A stretch of DNA of 64,000 nucleotides, taken from an uncultured Candidatus Rokubacteria bacterium (GTDB lineage: Bacteria > Methylomirabilota > Methylomirabilia > Rokubacteriales > DASRDR01). A program made the translations under genes and the position numbers. Shown one piece after another: positions 45,101 to 55,344 of the stretch; positions within the stretch are counted from its first letter, which is position 1; every line of letters begins with the position of its first letter. The notes under the pieces were generated by a model. That model saw only the letters and a list, made by a program, of their open reading frames with translations. It was not told where the DNA came from and ran no database searches. The stretch spans positions 736,001-800,000 of the forward strand of contig CAWDVE010000017.1 in NCBI GenBank assembly GCA_963805625.1. Reading direction: 5' to 3'.

Positions 45101-45456
45101 GGCGAGAGCGTGCAGGCTGGCGACCGGGGGTGACGATCGGAGGGACGACGCTCCCACTGACCCCGCGGTGACGGCCCGCAAGCTCGCGTAGACGCACGGC
45201 CCGGGACGGCTCACGGACTCGCCCGACTCGCGGTAGAGCGGCGGTCACGAGCGTGGCCTCCCGGGCCGTCGACCTGTCTGGACTCGACCGCGCGGGCCCA
45301 GTGGGCGAGGCGACGAGGATGAGGATATCCTGGGCCTGTTGGCCCTGTACTTCGGCCGGTCTTCCGGGCCGAATCCGCAGACCTCCAGCTGACGGCCCGT
45401 AGAGGCGACGGTGCTCGACCGCCTTTTCGCCCGGGCCGAGCAAGGGAGGTGAGCTG

Positions 45457-45574
45457 TTTTGGAGAAGTTTCCGGATTCCCTCGGGACTTCCCAGTGCGGC
45501 CCGGTCATGATCCCGGCGGGGAAGAAATGGCGCCAGGCTCGACCCAAGCGAGGACGGCAGAAGGCTTCCGCACG
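45457..45574 (+). repeat. Repeated promoter-like motif, copy 3
   Basis: TTTTGGAGAAGTTTCCGGATTCCCTCGGGACT-N17-CATGAT...GAAGAAA...GACCCAAGC...TTCCGCACG. Confidence 0.8.
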
Positions 45575-45958
45575 CGCGGGCGCTCCCTCAGGCCCCTGCC
45601 CAGCGGGAATCTCCCGGCGCCAGATCCCGATGTGTCGAAGGCTCCGCCCAACTACGCGCGCGTCATTGACGGAAAGCCAGTCTTCGAGACGGGGTCGATC
45701 ACGTGGGGTCCCAAGGTGATCGACCAGATTCTCAAAGCATATATGTAGGACCGGACTCCGAGACGGTGGTGAGAGGGTTGCCGGGCCGGCCTACAGTCGG
45801 CCCGCCCGGTGACCATCCCGGTCCACCCCACGCGGGGTGGTGGCGGGAAGACAAGTTGGCCACACGCGATCCCGACGCAGGGATGGCGGCGGCCCGTGGC
45901 GAACGGAGCGACGGGAGAGGCTGCATGTTGACCTCTGCCACATCATGGGAGGTGCCAC

Positions 45959-46432
45959 ATGACACTCATGGAAATGCTCGCGCCCACCGTGCAGCGCATC
46001 ACCACCGCCCTGCCGTCGCTCCTGATCGGGCTCGGCATCTTGGTGGCGGGGTATGTGATCGCCAAGATGGCGGCCGGGATTGTGAGTCGGGTCCTGAGCC
46101 GCACGCGGCTGGACACGCTGACGGCCGAGGGCATCGGCCTCACGAAGCCCGGCGGGCCGGACGCGGTGCGGGGGGTGGCGGCGCGGATCGCCTTCTGGCT
46201 CGTCATGCTCTTCGTGTGGATCGGCTTCTTCAATGAGGTAGGGCTCCCGCTGGTGGCCGAACCCCTGCGGGGGGTGGCGGACGCGATCGCCCGCGTCGCG
46301 CCCAGCGTGCTGCACGCCGGCTTGATTTTCGTGGCGGCCTGGATCCTCGAGTCTCGGGAGGCGGCCGGTCGCGCCGTCGCGCGGGCCCTCGGCGAGGGCG
46401 CGGGCTCGGGGTCGAGGCTGGGGAGCGCGTGA
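45959..46432 (+). CDS. Mechanosensitive-channel-associated TM-helix (CmpX-like) protein, apparently C-terminally truncated
   Basis: GGAGG RBS; two LP.L.....IL..G..IA TM-helix repeats; similarity ends after FVAAWIL. Confidence 0.6.
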   Translation: MTLMEMLAPTVQRITTALPSLLIGLGILVAGYVIAKMAAGIVSRVLSRTRLDTLTAEGIGLTKPGGPDAVRGVAARIAFWLVMLFVWIGFFNEVGLPLVAEPLRGVADAIARVAPSVLHAGLIFVAAWILESREAAGRAVARALGEGAGSGSRLGSA

Positions 46433-47706
46433 CCATGAACCCACTCGAGAGGCTGCCCGTGGCGGACAATCGCGGGACGATCCAACGGAATGGCGTCGTC
46501 TCAGGCGCGCTCGCGCCGAGAGGGGTCGCCGACCGGGCCGCGGCCGCCATCTCGTTCGCCGCGGCAACGCCTAAATCCTGTTGGCCGGAGGACCGGGTCA
46601 CCGCTCCTCACGCGGTGGGCGAGATCGTCGCGAGCACCCTCGCTCGCCGGGACGTCGAGCGCGCCCTCCGTTTGGCCTTGGAGGAAAACGGGCGTCTCCG
46701 CGAGCGCCTGGAAGCCGAAAACGTCTATCTCCACGCAGAGCTCGACGAGGCCCACGACATCCGTGAGATCGTCGGGCGGAGTCCAGCCCTCAGGGCGACT
46801 CTGGAGAAGGTCCGGCAGGTCGCCGACACGGACGCGCCCGTCTTCCTCCTCGGCGAGACCGGCACCGGCAAGGAACTGCTCGCCCGAGCGCTCCACGGGC
46901 ACGGTCCGCGGCGCGACCGGTCGTTCATCACGGTAAACTGCGCCGCCCTGCCCGCGGCGCTCATTGAAAGCGAGCTCTTCGGCTACGAGAAGGGCGCCTT
47001 CACCGGCGCGACGCAGGCCAAACCGGGACGTTTCGAGCTCGCCGACTCCGGGACACTTCTCCTCGACGAGATCGGCGACCTCGACCCCGCCCTTCAGGTA
47101 AAGCTCCTCCGCGCTCTCGAAGGTGGCGAGATCCAGCGGCTCGGCTCGACGGTGACGCGGAAGGTCGATGTCCGGATCATCGCGGCGACCAACCGTGACC
47201 TGCGCCGTGAAATACGGGAAGACCGGTTCCGCCCGGATCTCTACTACCGTCTGAGCGTGTTCCCGATCGAGGTGCCGCCTCTTCGGGAGCGCCGCGAGGA
47301 CATCCCCCTCCTCGTCTGGCATTTCATTCAATCGCGCCAGCGAGCGCTTGGCCGGACGATCACGAAGATTCCGAAGACCGCGATGGCGGCCCTCCTCGCC
47401 TACGACTGGCCCGGGAACGTCCGCGAGCTGCAGAACGTGGTCGAACGGGCCCTGATCCTTTCGCGCGGCTCGGTCCTCCGCGTCGACGAGGCGCTCGGAC
47501 CGGGGGCGACGTCCCCGGACGGAGCCGGCCGGCCCGCCCCCGGAGAGTCACTGCGGGACTTGGAGCGGGCCCACATCGCGCTGATTCTCGAGCGCTGTCG
47601 GTGGACGATCGAGGGTCGCGGACAGGCGGCCGAGCGCCTGGGGCTGAACCCGAGCACGCTGCGGAATCGCATGCGGAAGCTGGACATCAAGCGCCCCCCA
47701 GTCTAA
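46429..47706 (+). CDS. Second sigma54-dependent activator, paralog of 37581-39692, retaining only a degenerate half GAF domain
   Basis: Intact [22 protein letters not shown] and HTH; the N-terminus aligns with the end of GAF2 of the first copy. Confidence 0.85.
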   Translation: MTMNPLERLPVADNRGTIQRNGVVSGALAPRGVADRAAAAISFAAATPKSCWPEDRVTAPHAVGEIVASTLARRDVERALRLALEENGRLRERLEAENVYLHAELDEAHDIREIVGRSPALRATLEKVRQVADTDAPVFLLGETGTGKELLARALHGHGPRRDRSFITVNCAALPAALIESELFGYEKGAFTGATQAKPGRFELADSGTLLLDEIGDLDPALQVKLLRALEGGEIQRLGSTVTRKVDVRIIAATNRDLRREIREDRFRPDLYYRLSVFPIEVPPLRERREDIPLLVWHFIQSRQRALGRTITKIPKTAMAALLAYDWPGNVRELQNVVERALILSRGSVLRVDEALGPGATSPDGAGRPAPGESLRDLERAHIALILERCRWTIEGRGQAAERLGLNPSTLRNRMRKLDIKRPPV

Positions 47707-47829
47707 GAGCAGCTGGCGACCTTCGCCGACCCGATGTGCCGGCGCGCCGGCTAGCCGGCGCCGAGCCCCCTGCGCCGGCTTCGCAGCGCAACGAGCTGGC
47801 GTCCCTCTTGATCCTCAAGACGTGCTCTC

Positions 47830-50800
47830 ATGGGTCCCGGAGCATCGCTCACGGTGAATGAACCTCGCGGACCCCGGCGGCGCCCTTCGAGGCGTCGTCT
47901 CATCCGGTGGACTCTCGTCGGGCTCGCGGCACTCGTCCTGCTCCTCGGAGTGGGCGTCGCGACGGCGTGGATTCTCTTCCGGCTTCGCGGGCCCGAGCTG
48001 ATCCGCGCCGAGCTCGAGGGCGCGCTGGTCACGGCGCTCGGGCGCCCAGCCCGCGTCGACGCCGTGAGCTTCCGTCCCTGGCCGGTCGCCCTCCGAGTCT
48101 CCGGGGTCGCCGTCGCGAGTAGCGCCTCCTGGGAGCAGGGGACCCTCCTGAGACTCGACCACGGCGACGTCAGCGTCCGGATCGAGAGCCTCTGGCGTCG
48201 GCGGCTCGTGATCGGCGTGACCCTCACGGGGGTCGATGTGGCCGCCACCGCCGCGGGGGGCGGCGGACTGGCGATCCCGATCCTCCCCGACACCGTCGCC
48301 ATCGGCCCGGTGACGGTGCGGCTCGCCGTGGTGCAGATCCGGCAGGGCCATATCCTCTACCGGGATCCGGATGCGCCGTGGACGGTCGAGGTCAGTGGGC
48401 TCGACGCCGATGGGCGGCCGCAGCCGGACGCGCTGGCCCTTTCCGCGGCAGCCGAGAGCCTCCGCTTCGAGTCCCCCGCGGTGCGCGAGCGCGTCGAGCG
48501 GATCCGCGTCGAGGGCACGATCCGCGCGGGGGAGGTGACCGCCCGGAGCGTGCGGTTCCGGTGGGAGGGTCACGAGGCCGAGCTGTCCGGCCAGCTTCGA
48601 CCGGCCCCGGCGGGGCTCACGGTCGTCGGAACGGTTCGCGGGGAGGCCAGCCTGGTCCCGATCGCCAGCCACGCGGGGATGACTTGGCCGCTTATCGGCA
48701 TCGCCCGGTTCGACGCGACGCTCGAGGGACCGATCGCCGCCCCGCGGGTCGAAGGGCGCATCACCGTGCCCGAGCTCGTCGCGGGATCGTTTCGTGCGCG
48801 AGGCGTTCACCTCGAGGGAAGCTTCGGGGACGGGACGTTGCATCTTCGGGACATTCGCGGAGACCTTCCCGGCGGGCCCGTCCGGGGCGCCTTCACCCTG
48901 AGCCCCGGCGGGGGAGCCGGCACGCGACGGGCCCACCTGGCGCTGGACGGGCTCCGGCTCCCGGGGGTCCTCGCGTCCCTCGGCCCCGCGAACGTGCAGG
49001 CCGACGGCCGCCTCGAAGGGGGCGGGATCGAGCTCGGGCCGGTGACCGCGCGGTGGGCCGCTGCGCGGCTCGACGTCGGGGGCCGCGTGGAGCCGGGGGG
49101 CCGCCTGGGGCTCCGCGCGGACCTCGACGCCGACCTCGGACCGCTCGCGCGTGCCCTGGGCGCGACGGGCGTTGCGGGACCGGCGCGCGTGACCGCGGAG
49201 GCGGCGGGGACGTGGGATCGGCCGGTCGTCGCCGGGCAGGCCGACGTGGGCCCGCTCACCCTGACCACGCGGACGCTCGATCGCGCGGAGCTGCGCTACC
49301 GGCTGGCGAGCAGCGAAGGCTTCTCGCGGTGGACAGGGACGCTCGAGACGCCGCGCGTCGTCCTCCCCGGGGTGCCGATCGAGGGCCTCCGCGCGGCCGT
49401 CGTGCTCGACGCCGAGCGGGTCGAGGTCCAGCCCTTGACCGCCCGCGTGCGTGGCATCCCGCTGACGCTTCGAGGGACCTGGGACTGGGGGGGCGCCGGA
49501 CGGGCGGAGGGAGACCTCGGGCCGGTCGCGCTCGGCGGGTTGCCCGGACTTCCCGCCGGCGTCTCGCTAGAGGGGTCCGGTGAGGCGCGCTTCCGGGCCA
49601 GCACACAACGGGGGACGGCGTCCGCCACCGTGGCGCTCGGCCTCCGTGACGTCTGGCTCGGCGGCGTCCTCCTCGGGCCGGGCCGCCTGGACGTCGGTGT
49701 CACGGGCCGCGACCTGATGGCGGCGCTCGAGTTCCCCGCGATGAGGCTCTCGGCAACCGCCCAGGGGCGTCTCGAGGAAGGCCGGACCCTCACCGCGCGG
49801 GCCCGACTCGAGCGGGCCGACCTGGATCCTATCGTGGCCCAGGCGGCGCCCGCGGCACGCGGGCGAGTGCTCGGGAGCGTCTCGGCACGCGCGGAGGCCG
49901 AGGTTCCCCTCTGGCGGCCGGGAGAGATCCGGATGACGGCGTCGATCACCCCGGACGAGCTCGTTGTCGGGGGCGGACGCTGGACGACTCGCTCGCCGGC
50001 AGTCATCCGGTGGGACCGCGGGCGGCTCTCGCTGGATCAGTTCCGGGCGGAGGGCCCGCCGGGAACGATCACGGCGTCCGCCGTCATGGAAGCCGGCGGG
50101 AGCGACGCCCGCATCGCGCTGGGGCTGGAGCAGGCGCGACTGCCGCCACCGCTCGACCGGGTCCCCCCGGGCGACGTGCGGGGGGAGGCGCGGCTCACCA
50201 CGACCGGGCTGGAGGCCGTGTCAATCCGCGGCCGCTGGCCGGTGGGAACGCTGTCCCTGAACGGCCGCGGGCCGTTCGAAGGGCCGATCGCGCTCCGCAC
50301 TCGGCTCATGGCCGACGGGGCCGAGTTAGCGCGTGCCCTCGGCCAGGATCGCGTTGCCGGCCAGGTGATCGTCGCCGCCGACGTGAGCGGGTCGTGGCGG
50401 GAGCCTGTCGCCAGCGGGCGGCTCGAGGCGACCGCCCTCACGAGCGCGGAGGTCACGCTCACAGGGGTCACGGTCCCGTTCCGGCTCACGCCCTCCGCCA
50501 TCCGGATTGTCGACGCCAGCGCCGTCCTCGGGAAGGATCCACTCGCGCTCGAGGGCGAAGCGTCGTGGGCGACGGGAGGGTGGCGCGGACGGGGAACGCT
50601 GACGGCCCCGGTCCTGACGGTGGGAGGCTGGCCGATCGAGGCGCTCCACGCCGTCTTCCGGATGGACGCCGAGCGGATCGAGGCGACCGCCGTGTCCACC
50701 CGCGTTCGCGGCGTGGCCGTGCGGGGGACGGGGTCGTGGCAGTGGAGCGGAGGCGGTCGCCTGGAGACCCGGCTCGGACCGGTCGGGTTGGCGGAGCTCC

Positions 50801-52581
50801 AGGATGTCCCCCCGGTCCTCGGCCTGGCCGGCTCGGCGTCGGGGCGCCTCGAAGCCGTGTTCCGGACTCTCCAGGACGTCACCGCCTCGCTGGCGCTCCG
50901 GTTCGACGGGGTCCGCGCCGTGGGTGAGACGCTCGGAGCGGGGACGTTGGCAGCCGAGCTCCGCGGGCGCGCGGTCCACGCCGAGCTCGGCTTTCCCGAG
51001 CGTCGGCTCAGCGCGGCCGCCGAGGGACGTGCCGAGGCGGGCGCCACGATGAGGGTCCGCGCCGCGGTCGACGACCTGCCCCTCGGGGAGCTGGGGCGAC
51101 GGCTCGGCCTGGGGGAGCGAGTGACGGTCGACGGCTCGGTGTCGGCGCGGCTCCTGGCCGACGTCCCGCTGGACCGCCCGAGGGCGGGGCGAGGGACGCT
51201 CCGTCTCGACCCGCTCCGACTCGTGGTCGGGGGCGAGGCTCTCGCGAGCCGCGAGCCGATCGTCGCGAGCTTCGACGCGGGCGCGCTGCGTGTCGAGCGC
51301 CTGTTGCTCGAGGGGCGTGCGGGGACGATCACGGGACGCGGGGCGCTTCACGCGGGAGGCGCCCTCGATGCCGAGCTCCGGGGCCAGATCCCGCTGGGCG
51401 TGCTCGCGGCGCTCCGGCCCGAGGTGGAAGCGGCCAGCGGGATGCTGGACGCGAGCGTGACCGCGCGAGGCACGACCTCGGCGCCCGAGATCAGCGGCAC
51501 CGGAGCCCTCGACGGCGCGAGCGTCACGGTCCGCGGCTACGCGGAGCCCGTGCGCGAGATCCAGGCACGGCTCACCGCGTCCCCCGCCGGCCTCCGTCTG
51601 GTCGAGGCCCGGGGCGTCCTCGGTGGAGGGACTCTGACCGCGAGCGGCGAGGCGGCGCTGGTGGACGGGGGGCTCGGGGCCTATCGCGTGACTCTCAATG
51701 CTCGGCGTGTCGCCGCGACGCCGCTCGACGGCCTCTCGACCCTCTGGGACGGTGATTTGGAGCTGGCGGGCCGCGCCGCGCGCGCGCTGCTCCAAGGTGA
51801 GCTGCGCCTGGTCCGGGGGATCTACACGCGGGAGCTCGCCCCCGCCGCCGGCGGACCGCGCGGGTCGACGGCCGGGCCGCCGTCGGGAGGGGTCGCGCTC
51901 CCGTTGCGCATCACCGTCAAGCTCGACGACAACCTCGTGGTGCGAAACCGCACCGCCTCCCTGCGGATCGGCGGCACCCTCTCCGTCGAGGGCTCCACGG
52001 CGGCACCGGCCGTGCTCGGGGTGATCGAGACCCGGGAGGGCCGGGTGACGTTTCGGGATCGTCGCTTCACGATCCTCACGGCAACGGCCCGGTTCGTCGA
52101 TCCCCGGCGTGTTGACCCCTTCATCGATGCAGTCGCCACCGCGCGCATCCGCGAGTACGACGTGACCGCCCGGGTCAGCGGACGCACCGACGGGCTGGAC
52201 GTGCGCCTCTCTTCGACCCCTCCGCTCGCGCAGGAGGATCTCCTGGCCCTCGTCGCCTTCGGCGCCACGCGCGCCGAGCTCGAGCGGTCGCCCGCCGGCG
52301 TCCTTGCCGAAGAGGCGGCCCGGACCATCGCCCGCGACTTCCTGGGACTCGAAGGCCTGCCCGGACTGGGTGGCGGCGACGGCGACGAGCAGCGGCTCCA
52401 GGTGAGAACCCGGACGACGCCCGAGCGGACGAGCCCGGCCAGCGCCCCCGGGACGGATAACAGCGGACCGCAACGGGTTCGGGTGGAATACGAGCTCCTC
52501 GGCCCGCTGAGTCTGGTCGGCGAGCGAGGGACGAGCGGCGGCTACGCCGCCGGAGTGATCCTGCGGCTTCGATTCCGATGA
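47830..52581 (+). CDS. tamB: TamB / AsmA-like translocation and assembly module protein
   Basis: N-terminal TM anchor, ~1500 aa of Gly-rich beta repeats, C-terminal DUF490-like LSSTPPLAQEDLLALVAFG; overlaps the Omp85 start. Confidence 0.85.
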   Translation: MGPGASLTVNEPRGPRRRPSRRRLIRWTLVGLAALVLLLGVGVATAWILFRLRGPELIRAELEGALVTALGRPARVDAVSFRPWPVALRVSGVAVASSASWEQGTLLRLDHGDVSVRIESLWRRRLVIGVTLTGVDVAATAAGGGGLAIPILPDTVAIGPVTVRLAVVQIRQGHILYRDPDAPWTVEVSGLDADGRPQPDALALSAAAESLRFESPAVRERVERIRVEGTIRAGEVTARSVRFRWEGHEAELSGQLRPAPAGLTVVGTVRGEASLVPIASHAGMTWPLIGIARFDATLEGPIAAPRVEGRITVPELVAGSFRARGVHLEGSFGDGTLHLRDIRGDLPGGPVRGAFTLSPGGGAGTRRAHLALDGLRLPGVLASLGPANVQADGRLEGGGIELGPVTARWAAARLDVGGRVEPGGRLGLRADLDADLGPLARALGATGVAGPARVTAEAAGTWDRPVVAGQADVGPLTLTTRTLDRAELRYRLASSEGFSRWTGTLETPRVVLPGVPIEGLRAAVVLDAERVEVQPLTARVRGIPLTLRGTWDWGGAGRAEGDLGPVALGGLPGLPAGVSLEGSGEARFRASTQRGTASATVALGLRDVWLGGVLLGPGRLDVGVTGRDLMAALEFPAMRLSATAQGRLEEGRTLTARARLERADLDPIVAQAAPAARGRVLGSVSARAEAEVPLWRPGEIRMTASITPDELVVGGGRWTTRSPAVIRWDRGRLSLDQFRAEGPPGTITASAVMEAGGSDARIALGLEQARLPPPLDRVPPGDVRGEARLTTTGLEAVSIRGRWPVGTLSLNGRGPFEGPIALRTRLMADGAELARALGQDRVAGQVIVAADVSGSWREPVASGRLEATALTSAEVTLTGVTVPFRLTPSAIRIVDASAVLGKDPLALEGEASWATGGWRGRGTLTAPVLTVGGWPIEALHAVFRMDAERIEATAVSTRVRGVAVRGTGSWQWSGGGRLETRLGPVGLAELQDVPPVLGLAGSASGRLEAVFRTLQDVTASLALRFDGVRAVGETLGAGTLAAELRGRAVHAELGFPERRLSAAAEGRAEAGATMRVRAAVDDLPLGELGRRLGLGERVTVDGSVSARLLADVPLDRPRAGRGTLRLDPLRLVVGGEALASREPIVASFDAGALRVERLLLEGRAGTITGRGALHAGGALDAELRGQIPLGVLAALRPEVEAASGMLDASVTARGTTSAPEISGTGALDGASVTVRGYAEPVREIQARLTASPAGLRLVEARGVLGGGTLTASGEAALVDGGLGAYRVTLNARRVAATPLDGLSTLWDGDLELAGRAARALLQGELRLVRGIYTRELAPAAGGPRGSTAGPPSGGVALPLRITVKLDDNLVVRNRTASLRIGGTLSVEGSTAAPAVLGVIETREGRVTFRDRRFTILTATARFVDPRRVDPFIDAVATARIREYDVTARVSGRTDGLDVRLSSTPPLAQEDLLALVAFGATRAELERSPAGVLAEEAARTIARDFLGLEGLPGLGGGDGDEQRLQVRTRTTPERTSPASAPGTDNSGPQRVRVEYELLGPLSLVGERGTSGGYAAGVILRLRFR

Positions 52582-55343
52582 GGGCGCGCGGAGGTGCGAC
52601 CGTCGCCCTCGCGGCGACGCTCTGGCTGGCGGCCACGGCCGCACCGGTTGCTGCCCGGGCTCAGGACGCTGCGCGCGCGGTCGTCACAGCGGTCGACCTC
52701 ATCACTGCCGCTGGAGTCCCCGAGTCGCTGGTCCGGATCGCGATCGGCGAGATGGTCGGCCGCCCGCGCTCGCGGGAGGCCGTGCGAGAGAGCCTCGAGC
52801 GCCTGTGGGCGCTCGGGCTCTTCGCGGACATCCTCGTCGAGGAGATCGATGCCCCCGAGGGCCTCCGCCTGCGCTACCGCCTGACGCCGCGGCCCCTCGT
52901 GCGCCGGATCGCCTGGCAGGGCGACACGGGGCTCGACCTGGGCCAGCTCGTCGCGGCAGCATCCCTGGCGCTCGGCGAGGAGGCGTCTCCGGCACGGCTC
53001 GCGCGCGCCCATGAGGACCTCCTCGCGCTCTACCGTCGCGAGGGCTACCTCGACGCTCAGGTCGAGGTCGAGACCGTGCCCGTCCGCGGAGAGACGGGGC
53101 AGGACGTCACCGTCGTCCTTTCCGCCGGGCTACCGGTCCAGCTCGAGCAGGTCCGTTTCGAAGGGTCGCTCGGGCTGCCCGAGAAGACGGTGACCGAGGC
53201 GCTCGGCCTTCGCCCCGGCGACCGATACCGGGAGGCGGCGGTGCGCGAACGGGTGCGCGCGCTCGAGGAGCGGCTGCGGCGCGAGGGATTCTTCGAGGCT
53301 CGCGTCACGGCCCGCCCGCCCAGCCGGGTCGCCGGCAGGCCGCGGGTCGATCTGACCATCGACGTCGCTGCGGGCCGGCGATACGCGGTGACCTTCGCCG
53401 GAGGGCGCGCCCTGGCGGAGTCGGTGCTCCGGGACCGCCTGACCTTCCTCGACACCGACATGGTGGACGAGTTCGAGGTCGAGGCCAGCGCGCGGCAGCT
53501 CGAGGCCCTCTACCGTGAGCGGGGATACGCCTTCGCTCGCGTCACGGGCACCCTCGACGGCGCCGTCGACCCCCCGGCCATCGGCTTCGTGGTGACCGAG
53601 GGGCCGGAGGTGCGCATCGCGTCGGTGACGTTCGTCGGCAACGTCGCCCTCACGGCCGAGCAGTTGCAACCGGCAACCGCGACGCGCCCCTCGGGCGTCC
53701 TGGAGAAGGGACTGTTCCGCCAGGACGTCCTCGACCGGGACGTGGCGTCGCTCCAGGCCTTCGCCCGGGCCCAGGGGTTCGCCGACGCGGCCGTCGGCCC
53801 CGCCGAGGTCCGGTTCGAGGACGACCGGACACGCGCGCACATCGTGATCCCGGTTGCGGAGGGCCCCCGGGTGAGAGTCGCGCATGTCGACGTGGAAGGG
53901 CAGACTCTCTTCTCGGCCGCGGAGCTCCTCGCCGCGATTCCGATCGGGCCGGGGGATCCATGGAATCCCGCCCGGATCGAGGAGGGGCGGCGCGGGATCG
54001 AGCGGCTCTACGCCCGCCGGGGACATCACGGCGCGACGGCAGACGCCGACGTCACTCGCCGCGACCGCGAGGTCTCGGTGGTCTATCGCATTGCCGAAGG
54101 CCCCCAGACGCGAATCGCGCGGATCCTCCTGCGCGGGCTCGCGGTGACGAAGGAGGGAACGGTGCGCCGACAGCTCGGGTTCGAGCCCGGGGACGTCTTC
54201 GACCCGGAGCGGCTTGCCGCGGCCCGGCGACGCCTCGAACGCCCGCCGGCGTTCGCGACGGTCGACGTGGGCCCGCCGCGCCCTTCGCCCGCGCCGTTCG
54301 CCGATGTCGAGGTCCTTCTCGCCGAGCAGAAGCCCTGGCGGTTCGAGCTGGGCGTCGGCTACGACACCGCGGTTGGCCTCAATGGGTATCTCGAGCTGTC
54401 GCACGACAACCTCTTCGGGACCGCCCGGAGCGCCGGCATCCGCATCACAGAGGCCATCGGCGGCGAGGCGATCCAGCGCCTCGACCACGTCGACCTCATC
54501 TACCGAGAGCCCTGGATTCCCGGGACACCCTGGCAGGGTCAGATGCAGCTCTATGCCGAGCTCAGCGAGAACCTGGGCTATGACCTCCAGCGCGTCGGGC
54601 TCGTGGCCTGGATCGGCGACGACCTCCTGAATCCGCGCGGGACGCAGATCTTTCGATCCCAGCTCCGCTACCGCTTGGAGGGGGCGCAAGTCTCCAACGT
54701 GAGCCCGGATCTCCAGGCTCAGGGTATCGAGCCCAGTACCGATCGGATCGGGAGCCTGACGCCGGTTGTCGTGTGGGACTTCCGCGACGACCGCTTCAAC
54801 CCCCGCCGGGGCAGTTTCCACCAGCTGTCCCTGGAAACGGCGCTCCTCGCCCTCGGCGGGAACGTCGAGTTCACGAAGGCGGAGCTCTCGACGAGCTGGT
54901 TCTTCTCGTGGCTTCCGCCCACCGTGTTCGCGATCTCGGGACGGCTGGGGCTGGCCACCCCGTTCGGAGGGACACAGAGCCTGCCGATCCAGGACCGTTT
55001 CTTCACGGGCGGCAGCACGAGCGTACGCGGGTTTCCCGAGAACCAGTTGGGCCCGCGGGATGCGGCCGGGAACCCGCTCGGCGGAGAGGCGCTGGCGGTC
55101 CTGAGCCTGGAGTGGCGCTTTCCGCTCTGGCGCTGGCTCGGTGGAGCGGTGTTCGTCGATGCCGGCACGGTGACCCCGGAAGTCGGCGACCTGAGCTTCT
55201 CGGCATTCAAGTCGGGGGCCGGGGCGGGTCTGCGCGTCGCGACGCCGGTCGGGCCCATCCGGTTCGACGCGGCCTACGCGCTCCAGCCCATCCAGGGCGA
55301 GGATCGCCTCCAGCTCTATCTCACGGTGGGGTTCCCCTTCTGA
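52578..55343 (+). CDS. Omp85 (BamA/TamA) family outer-membrane protein with multiple POTRA domains
   Basis: Repeated Y...GY..A.V and V.EGP POTRA motifs, NLFG, RFFTGGSTSVRGF, TPVGPIRFD and a terminal F. Confidence 0.92.
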   Translation: MRARGGATVALAATLWLAATAAPVAARAQDAARAVVTAVDLITAAGVPESLVRIAIGEMVGRPRSREAVRESLERLWALGLFADILVEEIDAPEGLRLRYRLTPRPLVRRIAWQGDTGLDLGQLVAAASLALGEEASPARLARAHEDLLALYRREGYLDAQVEVETVPVRGETGQDVTVVLSAGLPVQLEQVRFEGSLGLPEKTVTEALGLRPGDRYREAAVRERVRALEERLRREGFFEARVTARPPSRVAGRPRVDLTIDVAAGRRYAVTFAGGRALAESVLRDRLTFLDTDMVDEFEVEASARQLEALYRERGYAFARVTGTLDGAVDPPAIGFVVTEGPEVRIASVTFVGNVALTAEQLQPATATRPSGVLEKGLFRQDVLDRDVASLQAFARAQGFADAAVGPAEVRFEDDRTRAHIVIPVAEGPRVRVAHVDVEGQTLFSAAELLAAIPIGPGDPWNPARIEEGRRGIERLYARRGHHGATADADVTRRDREVSVVYRIAEGPQTRIARILLRGLAVTKEGTVRRQLGFEPGDVFDPERLAAARRRLERPPAFATVDVGPPRPSPAPFADVEVLLAEQKPWRFELGVGYDTAVGLNGYLELSHDNLFGTARSAGIRITEAIGGEAIQRLDHVDLIYREPWIPGTPWQGQMQLYAELSENLGYDLQRVGLVAWIGDDLLNPRGTQIFRSQLRYRLEGAQVSNVSPDLQAQGIEPSTDRIGSLTPVVVWDFRDDRFNPRRGSFHQLSLETALLALGGNVEFTKAELSTSWFFSWLPPTVFAISGRLGLATPFGGTQSLPIQDRFFTGGSTSVRGFPENQLGPRDAAGNPLGGEALAVLSLEWRFPLWRWLGGAVFVDAGTVTPEVGDLSFSAFKSGAGAGLRVATPVGPIRFDAAYALQPIQGEDRLQLYLTVGFPF

Positions 55344-55344
55344 T

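Noticed and set aside
40288-45574. Repeated motif as CRISPR repeats or IS ends
   Set aside because: The copies are kilobases apart, direct rather than inverted, and there is no cas or transposase gene and no target-site duplication.
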